DNA from: a virus
Taxonomy: Duplodnaviria > Caudoviricetes
Length of the DNA stretch: 59,526 nucleotides
Reading direction: 5' to 3' (one strand)
Virus record (IMG/VR): IMGVR_UViG_3300032330_001422
Span: 1-59,526 of that record
Below the pieces are notes generated by a model. It did no database searches and was not told the origin of the DNA. It worked only from the letters and a program-made list of their open reading frames with translations. The translations under genes and the position numbers were made by a program. This document shows, in pieces, positions 1-7,815 of this stretch. Numbering within the stretch: the first letter of the stretch is position 1; every line of letters begins with the position of its first letter.

Positions 1-327
1 ATTTACTCTAAAGTACTTTCTAATTATATCTTTTATGTGTGGTGCCGCTTCAGATCCTCTAGCCGTCAATATCACAGTCTTACGATCACCATTCGAAGAT
101 GTAACTATCTTATAAAATCGTTTACCAATTGAACGAATTAACGTTGGGTTAATAAGTGTTTGAAATTGACTAAAATCAAACTTATCGCCTGATTGTGGTT
201 CATATACAGCATATTCAGCTGGGGTAATTTCTCTACTAGTATTATCGACAGAAGTAACAATAACTTTAGCTTCTGTTTCAAAAAGTGTATCATCCAGATC
301 AAAAATTCTAAGTTTCTTTGTTTTCAT
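1..327 (-). CDS. HAD-superfamily hydrolase (partial, runs off window start)
   Basis: Hand translation MKTKKLRIFDLDDTLFETE...VILTARG gives HAD motif I (DxDxT) and motif II (LTAR); its ATG overlaps the TGA of the upstream gene (ATGA). Not in the ORF track. Confidence 0.8.
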   Translation of the reverse strand, partial: MKTKKLRIFDLDDTLFETEAKVIVTSVDNTSREITPAEYAVYEPQSGDKFDFSQFQTLINPTLIRSIGKRFYKIVTSSNGDRKTVILTARGSEAAPHIKDIIRKYFRVN

Positions 328-1595
328 CCTCGTAATGCTTTCAATAGTTTCTTATACAACGACTCTTTCTTAACCAATTTATCCAACGGTACATTTCTAT
401 ACTTTTGTCTTATTTGTGCAATAGGCATACCATATTGCTTTTCAGCTTGAGCAATCAAACTATATCTATCTTGTTTTTCTTTTTGTTTAGCATCCAATTT
501 GCGTTGTACAGATGTAGCCACAACACTCTTTACATTATCTGTATAAGACTTTTCACCAGAAGTCAATAAATCATTCAATATCTTGATTTCAATCTCTAAA
601 CTATCCACTTCTTTTTCAAGATTTTGTTTTTCCGCCGAAGTAAATGCAGCGCCTGTTGAATGTAATTTACCTCGTTTTTCAACAAACTCTTGAGTCTTAT
701 CATCAATTACTTTTTCCAAACTAGGTTGTTGTTCTAATTTGTCAACTCCCCAATATGGATAATCAAATTCACTACCAACCGGAGTGGTATTCCAATCACT
801 ATCAGTTACTTTTAATGATAAAATATTGCCTTTAATAGCTTTAATAACTGCTTTTATACCCATTCCTTTGAATTGCACTTTGTCACCCACTTTGAAAAAC
901 TTATCAGCTTCATCTGTAGCAGATGGTTTAGGTGTTGACGGAGGAGTTTCTTTCTTGGGTTCTTCGTTGTTATAAAACTCATCATATGTATAAAATTTCA
1001 TACTTGGTTCATACAAACATTCTTTGGGATCATATCCATTGAACCCTATAACCTTATCATATTGATCTTTATACTTAATTATTCTATCTCTTTTAGAATC
1101 CCAAAATGTTACAATAATAGCTTTACCACTTGGTATCGTACTCTCAATCTTCAAATCAGAATCATCAACCACATCTTTAGCATCATCCACTTCAAATATT
1201 CTACCCTTCAAAAGTGGATCAGCATAAATGCCAAATCTACCTATACCTTTTAAAAGATTTTCTATATCTAAATGACCTCCACCACTATTTCCATTCTTTA
1301 AGTTAGTTATTGCTCTTTGTCCCCAATAGTTAAGTTGATCTTCAGAATTCTTGTTTGTATCCAATTTGATACTTGGCTGTTTGGATAGTTCGTCTATATC
1401 CTTTAAAACTTCGGGGTCATCACAATAAAAATCTTTTTTAACAAAACTATATCCAAATATAGCTTTTTTACCACTCTTTTCATCTTCATATACAAGAAAA
1501 GCACATTTATTCGCTGGGCTACGATAACTATATGTCTTTTGCTTATAATATACAGTATCTGGATTTTCTAAAAGTAAGTCTCTAAATAGCTTCAT
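324..1595 (-). CDS. hypothetical protein (423 aa), SH3/KOW-like central segment and coiled-coil C-terminus
   Basis: Long ORF; FKVGDKVQFKG segment; TATTTATA motif 4 nt before the ATG. Confidence 0.7.
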   Translation of the reverse strand: MKLFRDLLLENPDTVYYKQKTYSYRSPANKCAFLVYEDEKSGKKAIFGYSFVKKDFYCDDPEVLKDIDELSKQPSIKLDTNKNSEDQLNYWGQRAITNLKNGNSGGGHLDIENLLKGIGRFGIYADPLLKGRIFEVDDAKDVVDDSDLKIESTIPSGKAIIVTFWDSKRDRIIKYKDQYDKVIGFNGYDPKECLYEPSMKFYTYDEFYNNEEPKKETPPSTPKPSATDEADKFFKVGDKVQFKGMGIKAVIKAIKGNILSLKVTDSDWNTTPVGSEFDYPYWGVDKLEQQPSLEKVIDDKTQEFVEKRGKLHSTGAAFTSAEKQNLEKEVDSLEIEIKILNDLLTSGEKSYTDNVKSVVATSVQRKLDAKQKEKQDRYSLIAQAEKQYGMPIAQIRQKYRNVPLDKLVKKESLYKKLLKALRG

Positions 1596-1637
1596 ATTGT
1601 ATAAATATACAACATTTGTCTTTACCCTCAGAGAATT

Positions 1638-2405
1638 TTACTGTCTTTTATCCATAAAAAACCATCTAATAGGATATTCATAGATAAAAAACTCATTGGT
1701 TCTCTTATCCGTATAATTAGTTGGATCCGCATGATGATTATGATGATTGCCAATTCCAGTTATAAAATTAATTAATTTGCTATTGGTAGCTACTTTGTTT
1801 TCATCTGGTCTAGTACCCAGTATCAATTTATGGGAAAATATGTTTACAGCAACCACACTCCACCACCATAATGCTGATCCTGAAGCAAAGAAAAATAATA
1901 GTTTGGGACTAATTAAATACGAAATTACCCACAAAAACGTCCACATCATCCAATACCATTTATTTTCAAACGATAAGTAATTTCTATAAGAAACCTTCAG
2001 TAAATTTCGTACATATATACTCTCACACTTATTTGGAAACAATGAAGTCATAATACGCCATATAGGAACATAAAATGGACTATGTGGATCTTTGAGAGTA
2101 TCTGCGTATTTATGATGATGTCTATGTACATTAGACCAACTTAATATACTACCCTGTCCAATCATAAAACTCATTACACACAATAATGGTATTCTATTTG
2201 ATTTAGCAACATAACTGGTATGTGCAAAATATCTGTGTAATGCTACTTCCCAATAAAAACCACAACAATACATGGAAATTAATGGTATATACCACAACTT
2301 ATAATAAAAACACAAACAAGTTATAAATAATATTTGATTGATTAATATTACATAACTGGTTTGTTGCCATTCTTTTAGATTCTTAAAATAAGACATAATA
2401 TACAT
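1638..2405 (-). CDS. membrane fatty-acid desaturase (delta-9-like)
   Basis: Three His boxes HRYFAH, HRHHH(…DPHSP), HHNHH plus hydrophobic segments. Confidence 0.88.
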   Translation of the reverse strand: MYIMSYFKNLKEWQQTSYVILINQILFITCLCFYYKLWYIPLISMYCCGFYWEVALHRYFAHTSYVAKSNRIPLLCVMSFMIGQGSILSWSNVHRHHHKYADTLKDPHSPFYVPIWRIMTSLFPNKCESIYVRNLLKVSYRNYLSFENKWYWMMWTFLWVISYLISPKLLFFFASGSALWWWSVVAVNIFSHKLILGTRPDENKVATNSKLINFITGIGNHHNHHADPTNYTDKRTNEFFIYEYPIRWFFMDKRQ

Positions 2406-2820
2406 CTTGATTTAAATTGTTTTTACCATAATAATTCCATCCCTCCATTTTCATTATTCTGGGAGTTATTTTTGGATTTTCAGCAATAGCTATTACACCT
2501 TTTGGGTTTAATGGATGTGTATAAGTACACAAATATTCGTGGGTTAATTTAGAACTTTTAAATGATTTCAGTTTGCCTCTATCAGATTCTTTGATAAACA
2601 TTCTAAAATAGTAATAATACCCATCTTGTAATTGTTCCAAATATACAGTAGTAACACAACAAACGTTATTGTTTGGATCAAATCCTACTAATACTACATC
2701 GTTTATACGATCAGTTGCTCTTCGTAAATCCAAAACACCAGCTTCAATCCACATATTGATGATTTGTTCTTTCAAATCATCGGGTAAACACTGATAATAA
2801 AACTTGTATGTGTACTCCAT
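2383..2820 (-). CDS. hypothetical protein, possible GNAT-like fold
   Basis: 145-aa ORF overlapping the desaturase start; RMFIKESDRG resembles an acetyl-CoA motif A. Confidence 0.55.
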   Translation of the reverse strand: MEYTYKFYYQCLPDDLKEQIINMWIEAGVLDLRRATDRINDVVLVGFDPNNNVCCVTTVYLEQLQDGYYYYFRMFIKESDRGKLKSFKSSKLTHEYLCTYTHPLNPKGVIAIAENPKITPRIMKMEGWNYYGKNNLNQDVYYVLF

Positions 2821-2953
2821 CCTATTAATATATAGGAAGTACGTTATATGTCAAATTTAATATAACTAATCAAATCTACTCTTATGCTTACTTTTAAAGT
2901 TCTTTAATCGTTAGATTATCTCCGCACATCGTTTTCATATTATTTATGAACAC

Positions 2954-2980
2954 AAAAAAACCCGTCATTTACGACGGGTT
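2954..2980 (-). terminator. intrinsic terminator
   Basis: AACCCGTC/GACGGGTT hairpin with a T-run on the minus strand just after the 2988..3509 gene. Confidence 0.8.
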
Positions 2981-2987
2981 AAATAAT

Positions 2988-3509
2988 TTAAATGTTTTTT
3001 GCTTTTTCTATAATCTCTTTTAACTTCTTAACATTTTTACCTTTAATAGATTGACCAATCTTTTCTCTGCGGTTCTTCAAATATTTATCAGTACCATCTA
3101 CTTTACCATCATTATTAATATCAGCATCTTCTTTACCAACAGCATCCATACCTTCTTCATAACATTCCTCACATTCCATCTCTTCCATCATTTTCTCAAC
3201 ATCAGCCTCTTCCAATGTTCTGCCTACATGTCTCTTAAGCATCTTACCTACCTTGTCAAACAAATCAGCATCAGCTTTATCACCCTTAAATTTATTACTC
3301 TTCTCTTGCTTCTCAATGTGATGTACTAAATTCTTGGTAACCTTGCCAGCTGGCTCTTCAGCTTTTTTAACAGACGCAACTGCCTTTTTTACAGCAGCCT
3401 TAGGAGCTTCTTTCTTTGGTTCGTCTTTAGCAGCACCCTTTTTCTTGGCTTCTGCCATTTCTTCTTCGTATACTTCTTGAATTAGTTGTTTCAAATCTTC
3501 TTTGGTCAT
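2988..3509 (-). CDS. Lys/Glu-rich hypothetical protein, probable virion internal protein
   Basis: LKQLIQEV N-terminus and EF-hand/dockerin-like [19 protein letters not shown] motif; TATTTATT upstream. Confidence 0.65.
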   Translation of the reverse strand: MTKEDLKQLIQEVYEEEMAEAKKKGAAKDEPKKEAPKAAVKKAVASVKKAEEPAGKVTKNLVHHIEKQEKSNKFKGDKADADLFDKVGKMLKRHVGRTLEEADVEKMMEEMECEECYEEGMDAVGKEDADINNDGKVDGTDKYLKNRREKIGQSIKGKNVKKLKEIIEKAKNI

Positions 3510-3551
3510 AATATAGTGAATTTAAATTGTTATTACAAATAAATATAACAA

Positions 3552-3896
3552 TCAAACACTTATCACTTGTTTTTTTAACAACCCATCATACCATTTTCTG
3601 CCAGTCTCACTAAACCTATAATCCCATTTTAATTCATACCTACTCTGTAACTCATTCACCATTGCCGTCGCATATCCACTTCTACGATGCTCATACTCTA
3701 TATGAATAAATTCAATTATTACAATTTCATCATATACATTAGGCTTATAATACTTACAATGACCCACATCCACACCACGATTGTTGATAATAGTGCAACT
3801 ATACTCATCTCTGCCTTCAGACGATGTACCCATATAAACATGTTTAAACTCCATAAAACAAAAACCTCCCATCAGGGAGGCTGATTCACTAACCAT
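3552..3896 (-). CDS. GNAT-family acetyltransferase
   Basis: IEFIHIEYEHRRSGYATAMV matches motif A (R/QxxGxA). Confidence 0.75.
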   Translation of the reverse strand: MVSESASLMGGFCFMEFKHVYMGTSSEGRDEYSCTIINNRGVDVGHCKYYKPNVYDEIVIIEFIHIEYEHRRSGYATAMVNELQSRYELKWDYRFSETGRKWYDGLLKKQVISV

Positions 3897-4125
3897 TCAA
3901 TTGTTTCTTGTCACCACAACAACCATTGCTTAATTTTAGAATTTCATCCAGTGTTTCCTTGACACGAATGTTTGTACCATTCTGTGATGTGTTAATTACT
4001 GTATGTTTACCACTTACACTAGGTTCCATACTAATAGCCCTATCCAAATTAAATAGAATAGGAATATAAGTGCGGGTATTATCATGATTCAAATCCAGTT
4101 GATTTAGCTTAATTAGATGTGCCAT
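3889..4125 (-). CDS. small protein resembling the FlbD/SwrD family
   Basis: IKL...NLDRAISME...TVI...G..IRVKETLDEI pattern; TTGACA-17-TATGAT promoter upstream at about 4146-4174. Confidence 0.5.
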   Translation of the reverse strand: MAHLIKLNQLDLNHDNTRTYIPILFNLDRAISMEPSVSGKHTVINTSQNGTNIRVKETLDEILKLSNGCCGDKKQLNG

Positions 4126-4203
4126 ATTTCTTCTCGTTTTTTAATAATCATAACATACTTTCCACTTTTGTCAATATTTATATGTAAATAAATTTTATAA
4201 ATT

Positions 4204-4812
4204 ATGAGCGCAACAATTACTTGGACAGTTGGATTAATGGATTGTTATCCAACATATCAACAAAACACAGATGTAGTATTCACAGTACATTGGGATTGTA
4301 CAGGATACGAAACCGTAAGCGGTAGTACCTACAACGGCAGAGTATATGGATCAACAGGAGTAACATACCACTCCGGTTCAGGATTTACAGCATATGACGA
4401 CCTAACACAACCACAAGTGCTTGACTGGGTATGGGAAGCAATGGGATCTGGATCAAAACAAAATTATGAAAATGCTGTACAAACCCAAATCAATAACCAA
4501 ATAAATCCTCCTGTCGTAACTCCTCCTCTACCTTGGAGTTCACCAACTATTACCTCACAACCACAAAGCCTAACAGTTAATACAGGATCTACAGCAACGT
4601 TCACTGTATCCGCAACAGGTAAACCAACCCCAACATATCAATGGCAATTTGATGGTACCACAATAACCGGGGAAACTAATACATCATTAGTAATTAATAA
4701 TGTACAATATTCAAACACAGGATCATATATCGTCGTAGTATCAAATGAAAATGGTACAGTAACAAGCAATACCGCAACACTAAATGTTTATTACTATCCA
4801 CCACAACCATAA
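4204..4812 (+). CDS. putative virion-associated protein with C-terminal Ig-like (I-set) domain
   Basis: C-terminal PTITSQPQSLTV...ATFTVSATG.PTPTYQW...L.I.NVQ..NTGSYIVVVSN is a typical Ig repeat; N-terminal Trp-rich phage-type domain. Confidence 0.8.
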   Translation: MSATITWTVGLMDCYPTYQQNTDVVFTVHWDCTGYETVSGSTYNGRVYGSTGVTYHSGSGFTAYDDLTQPQVLDWVWEAMGSGSKQNYENAVQTQINNQINPPVVTPPLPWSSPTITSQPQSLTVNTGSTATFTVSATGKPTPTYQWQFDGTTITGETNTSLVINNVQYSNTGSYIVVVSNENGTVTSNTATLNVYYYPPQP

Positions 4813-4841
4813 AATTCAATGGGTAACTAATTTATAACCAC

Positions 4842-4872
4842 AAAACCCCGCTAAATTAATAGCGGGGTTTTT
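4842..4872. terminator. bidirectional intrinsic terminator ending the tRNA array and the Ig gene
   Basis: AAAACCCCGCTA...TAGCGGGGTTTTT between convergent units. Confidence 0.85.
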
Positions 4873-4884
4873 ACTAACTTTAAA

Positions 4885-4961
4885 TGGTGGATCAAACCGG
4901 ACTTGAACCGATAACCGAAAAATTATGAGTTTTTTGCTCTAACCAATTGAGCTATTGATCC
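4885..4961 (-). tRNA. tRNA with CAU anticodon (Ile2 or elongator Met)
   Basis: GGATCAA/TTGATCC acceptor, AAAAA-CTCATAA-TTTTT anticodon arm, GTTCAAGTC T-loop, encoded CCA. Confidence 0.9.
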
Positions 4962-4968
4962 ATTAAAA

Positions 4969-5061
4969 TGGTGGCTCCGTAGGGAATTGAACCCTATCAG
5001 TACCCAAATCTAGGGATTATACAGATTATAAGTCTGCCCATGCACCATACATCACAGAGCC
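4969..5061 (-). tRNA. tRNA-Ile(UAU) with long variable arm
   Basis: GGCTCTG/CGGAGCC acceptor, GCAGA-CTTATAA-TCTGT arm, extra arm CCC-TAGATTT-GGG, GTTCAATTC, CCA. Confidence 0.85.
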
Positions 5062-5072
5062 ATTACTAAAAC

Positions 5073-5148
5073 TGGAGCGATATCTCGGACTTGCACCGGC
5101 CTTGTGGACTGGAAGGCCCACCGTGCTCCTCATAGACACTAATATCGC
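5073..5148 (-). tRNA. non-canonical tRNA-Gly(UCC)-like
   Basis: GCGATAT/ATATCGC acceptor with U73 and CCA; anticodon arm GTGGGCCTTCCAGTCCAC gives a 6- or 8-nt loop; T-loop TGCAAGT; two T-stem mismatches. Confidence 0.7.
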
Positions 5149-5156
5149 ATTAAAAC

Positions 5157-5229
5157 TGGAGCGGGTCCGAACTTTGCATTTCGCCTTTTGATCTGGTAGA
5201 CCAACGTGCTCTCTTTACACTTGACCCGC
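5157..5229 (-). tRNA. non-canonical tRNA-Gly(ACC)
   Basis: GCGGGTC/GACCCGC acceptor with U73 and CCA; TTGGT-CTACCAG-ATCAA arm; degenerate T-arm CGAAA-TGCAAA-GTTCG. Confidence 0.72.
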
Positions 5230-5241
5230 ATTTAAATTCAA

Positions 5242-5537
5242 ATAGGAAGGACTAATGATTACCTCCAAGTTTCAGAATCACGACTGGTTATTCATCCACA
5301 GTCCACACGGTTAATTACTCCTTGTGTTAATGACTGATGGGATTTTGTTTTCCCCACAACGGGCTACGATTTATCATATATTTTAGCTACGGTCCCGTTA
5401 CGCTCAAATTTGGGGTTGAACGACCTCAAATTCTCCATAGACTTACCCTCCATGATTCTTACTCCAACCAATATACAACGTTTTTCAACACCATATATTG
5501 TGCGTTACAACTAAACTAATCGTTGTTCCGCCACTAT
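5242..5537 (-). ncRNA. candidate ~300-nt structured RNA of unknown class
   Basis: No credible ORF; complementary ends and nested helices (5274-5282 with 5451-5459; hairpins 5407-5432 and 5469-5500); sits between tRNAs directly after a boxA-like element. Confidence 0.65.
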
Positions 5538-5543
5538 CTTAAA

Positions 5544-5555
5544 TTGTTAAAGAAC
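5544..5555 (-). promoter_or_regulatory. boxA-like antitermination element
   Basis: GTTCTTTAACAA(TTT), close to the rrn boxA TGCTCTTTAACA; same 12-mer at 8476-8487. Confidence 0.65.
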
Positions 5556-5565
5556 TATCAAAAAA

Positions 5566-5641
5566 TGGTAGGCGTGAGTGGATTCGAACCACCGCTTTAC
5601 AGATTTTAAGTCTGTTGACTCTTCCGCTGGTCTACACGCCC
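5566..5641 (-). tRNA. tRNA-Leu(UAA) with short variable loop
   Basis: GGGCGTG/CACGCCT acceptor, ACAGA-CTTAAAA-TCTGT arm, 5-nt variable loop, GTTCGAATC, CCA. Confidence 0.9.
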
Positions 5642-5650
5642 ATTTAAAAC

Positions 5651-5709
5651 TTTTTAAAGAACCGTCACTTACTACTCTTTCATCTTATCACATCTTTGTT
5701 TGTTGTCAA
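5651..5709 (-). promoter_or_regulatory. sigma70-type promoter, AGTAGTAAGT leader and boxA-like element
   Basis: TTGACA-16-TAAGAT (TGn extended), then AGTAGTAAGTGACGGTTCTTTAAAAA. Confidence 0.75.
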
Positions 5710-5727
5710 GCATCTACTTTATAAATA

Positions 5728-6684
5728 TCAATTACTATGCTGAATCCAATTATTTGGCGTTGTACATTTTGTTGAATCTGTAAACACTTTTGTTACTTTG
5801 CTCAGTGTATCAGACGAAATATGTGCATCATAATACTTAATTGTATAATTAGTATTGTGTCTTAAAGTTTGTACATGACACGTACAATATTGAGAAAATA
5901 CATTTGAAAATACTAAAGAATCTTCTTCATATAGCTCTACCCCAAACACATTTTTGCAATAATCGCCTTTTGCTGCTAAAAAGATGTATTCATTTTTTGA
6001 AGAATCATAATACACTTCAGCTTGATTGTTTACCGAAAACAAATTTCTGCTTTCAAAGACGGAATCTTCTTCGTTTTTTAATTCAATAACATCTTTATGT
6101 TTGTGTGACAATAGGTACACCAATGTTTCATTGGACTCTAATCTTTCTTTTTTAGCGTAGAACTCAATAAAATTTAATTTATCCGTTGTAAAGAACGATG
6201 TCAACACATCAAGATTGCCATAAAAAAATGTTACTTGATAAGACTTTTCTATTCCCAATGTATAAAAATAAACTTTTGTGTAATCTAATTCATTGAAAAT
6301 AAAATTATAGTGATTTTTGTTAATCAATACATCTAAATCAATAAAGTAATAAAAATCATAACCAATATTTTTACAATAGTTTAATGTACTTTGATATAAT
6401 TTAACAAAATAATTTGAATACAATACTTTTCTATTATTTATATTTCTAAAATAAATTTTGTTGCCAATCGCAAAATAAGGATATAAACCATCGGTTAAAT
6501 AATGTGAATCACATACATGATTTACTGTAATATAATTTTTTACGCCGTCAAAACTTTCCATATAATCAGACGATGCTAATATCACATCAATATTCTGATT
6601 ATTGAATAATTCAATTTTCTCTTTTAATAGAGATTTTCTATATGCATTATTTGCAAAATTAGAAATTATAACACATCGTTTCAT
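5728..6684 (-). CDS. hypothetical protein, glycosyltransferase-like, inserted in the tRNA array
   Basis: Start moved to ATG at 6684 (the longer ORF reads through a tRNA fragment); YFIDLDV DxD-like motif. Confidence 0.6.
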   Translation of the reverse strand: MKRCVIISNFANNAYRKSLLKEKIELFNNQNIDVILASSDYMESFDGVKNYITVNHVCDSHYLTDGLYPYFAIGNKIYFRNINNRKVLYSNYFVKLYQSTLNYCKNIGYDFYYFIDLDVLINKNHYNFIFNELDYTKVYFYTLGIEKSYQVTFFYGNLDVLTSFFTTDKLNFIEFYAKKERLESNETLVYLLSHKHKDVIELKNEEDSVFESRNLFSVNNQAEVYYDSSKNEYIFLAAKGDYCKNVFGVELYEEDSLVFSNVFSQYCTCHVQTLRHNTNYTIKYYDAHISSDTLSKVTKVFTDSTKCTTPNNWIQHSN

Positions 6685-6690
6685 AAAAAT

Positions 6691-6740
6691 TGGTAGGGAT
6701 GGAGGGACTTGCACCCCCACGGTTTTACCCACGGCTTTTT
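6691..6740 (-). pseudogene. 3'-half fragment of a long-arm (Leu-like) tRNA
   Basis: Variable arm, GGGGG-TGCAAGT-CCCTC T-arm and CATCCCT-ACCA end; no matching 5' half seen nearby. Confidence 0.7.
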
Positions 6741-6747
6741 CAAAAAA

Positions 6748-6824
6748 TGGTAGCTAGGGTCAGATTCGAACTGACACTGTTTCGTTTTTGAAACGAATGC
6801 CTCCTGCCTTTGGGCTACCTAGCC
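6748..6824 (-). tRNA. tRNA-Leu(CAA) with short variable loop
   Basis: GGCTAGG/CCTAGCT acceptor, TTCGT-TTCAAAA-ACGAA arm, 5-nt variable loop, GTTCGAATC, CCA. Confidence 0.9.
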
Positions 6825-7454
6825 ATTTAAAATTTTAGATTCAATCAACTTATAAACTCTACTATAGTTTCTTCCGTTTTCAATTCCTAAATTTTTTAGA
6901 GTTTGATTAATATTTCCCTTACATTTATGATACATATCAATCAATTCATTGTCATCTATTTTTTTAATAGAAGTAGATTTTATATTTTTTGCACAAAAAG
7001 TATCTGTTTGACTATGACAATTTGGACATAAAAATCTTAAGTTTTCTAATCTTTGGTCAGTTGGTATACCATTTATATGGTCTAATTGTAAATTTAATTT
7101 TTTATTATTCCAAAATCCCAAATTAGAACATAATGTACATTTATACTCAATTAAATTTTTTTTCTTTATTAGATTTCTAATGTATGATTTTGAAAATTTA
7201 CTATTCTCTATAAAGATTTCATTTTTATTTCTTTCAGATAATCTATCATCATCCAATAAAGTTTTACCTTTGCTCCATAACATGCCTGTAAAATGTGAAA
7301 TATCAATATTAAGATTTGATATTTCTTTTTTTATTCTAGAGTGGGTTGAACCACTATATGGTATACCAAGTCTTTTAATTACTTGGGTATAAGATAAAGA
7401 TTTTTTTGTAGCATCTATCAAATCAGACTCAGTATAAATTTGTTTTTTCCTCAT
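6819..7454 (-). CDS. free-standing HNH homing endonuclease
   Basis: CTLC...LQLDHING...NLRFLCPNCHSQT; start taken at MRKKQ; stop codon lies in the first nucleotides of tRNA-Leu(CAA). Confidence 0.92.
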   Translation of the reverse strand: MRKKQIYTESDLIDATKKSLSYTQVIKRLGIPYSGSTHSRIKKEISNLNIDISHFTGMLWSKGKTLLDDDRLSERNKNEIFIENSKFSKSYIRNLIKKKNLIEYKCTLCSNLGFWNNKKLNLQLDHINGIPTDQRLENLRFLCPNCHSQTDTFCAKNIKSTSIKKIDDNELIDMYHKCKGNINQTLKNLGIENGRNYSRVYKLIESKILNG

Positions 7455-7530
7455 ACTAATAAATAGTATATTGGAAGACATAAATACAAATTATTTTGTG
7501 TCTGCTAAAATTTCAATGAACTATTAAAAA

Positions 7531-7624
7531 TGGTGGTTCCGCCCGGATTCGAACCGAGACCGTGCTCAAATCTAGAGCTTATCAACGTTATAAGCGTTGC
7601 GTTCTACCGTTAAACTACGGAACC
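7531..7624 (-). tRNA. tRNA-Ile(UAU) with long variable arm (second copy)
   Basis: GGTTCCG/CGGAACC acceptor, CAACG-CTTATAA-CGTTG arm, extra arm GCTC-TAGATTT-GAGC, GTTCGAATC, CCA. Confidence 0.88.
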
Positions 7625-7630
7625 ACTAAA

Positions 7631-7704
7631 TGGTAGCGGGTAGCCGAATTACACGACTTCCTTCTCGTTATGAGCGAGATATGCTATTTTTACAATCACC
7701 CGCA
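7631..7704 (-). tRNA. divergent tRNA-Met(CAU), initiator-like
   Basis: TGCGGGT/ACCCGCT with 1:72 mismatch, TCTCG-CTCATAA-CGAGA arm, atypical T-loop TGTAATT, CCA. Confidence 0.72.
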
Positions 7705-7815
7705 AATTGTTTTGTCAACATCTAAAATTGTCGCCGGTCTTTTAATTGGCGCTTTAATCCTCTGGTGGGGAACCAACTCAAGTGTCCTATTAATCGGATA
7801 TTCTCCGGGCGTAAA

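Noticed and set aside
5337-5519. 60-aa plus-strand ORF
   Set aside because: Antisense to the RNA operon, no protein features; the structured RNA explains the region better
5242-5537. RNase P RNA or tmRNA identity for the 300-nt RNA
   Set aside because: GAGGGUAAGUC and GGAUGAAUAAC loosely recall RNase P, but no P4 complement was found; no tRNA-like ends, G3-U70 pair or CCA for tmRNA
6685-6732. N-terminal extension of the 5728..6732 ORF
   Set aside because: It is translation through the tRNA fragment; ATG at 6684 is the plausible start
6691-7530. tRNA-Leu split by an HNH-containing group I intron
   Set aside because: No 5' half complementary to CATCCCT upstream, a complete tRNA lies in between, and no intron core is evident
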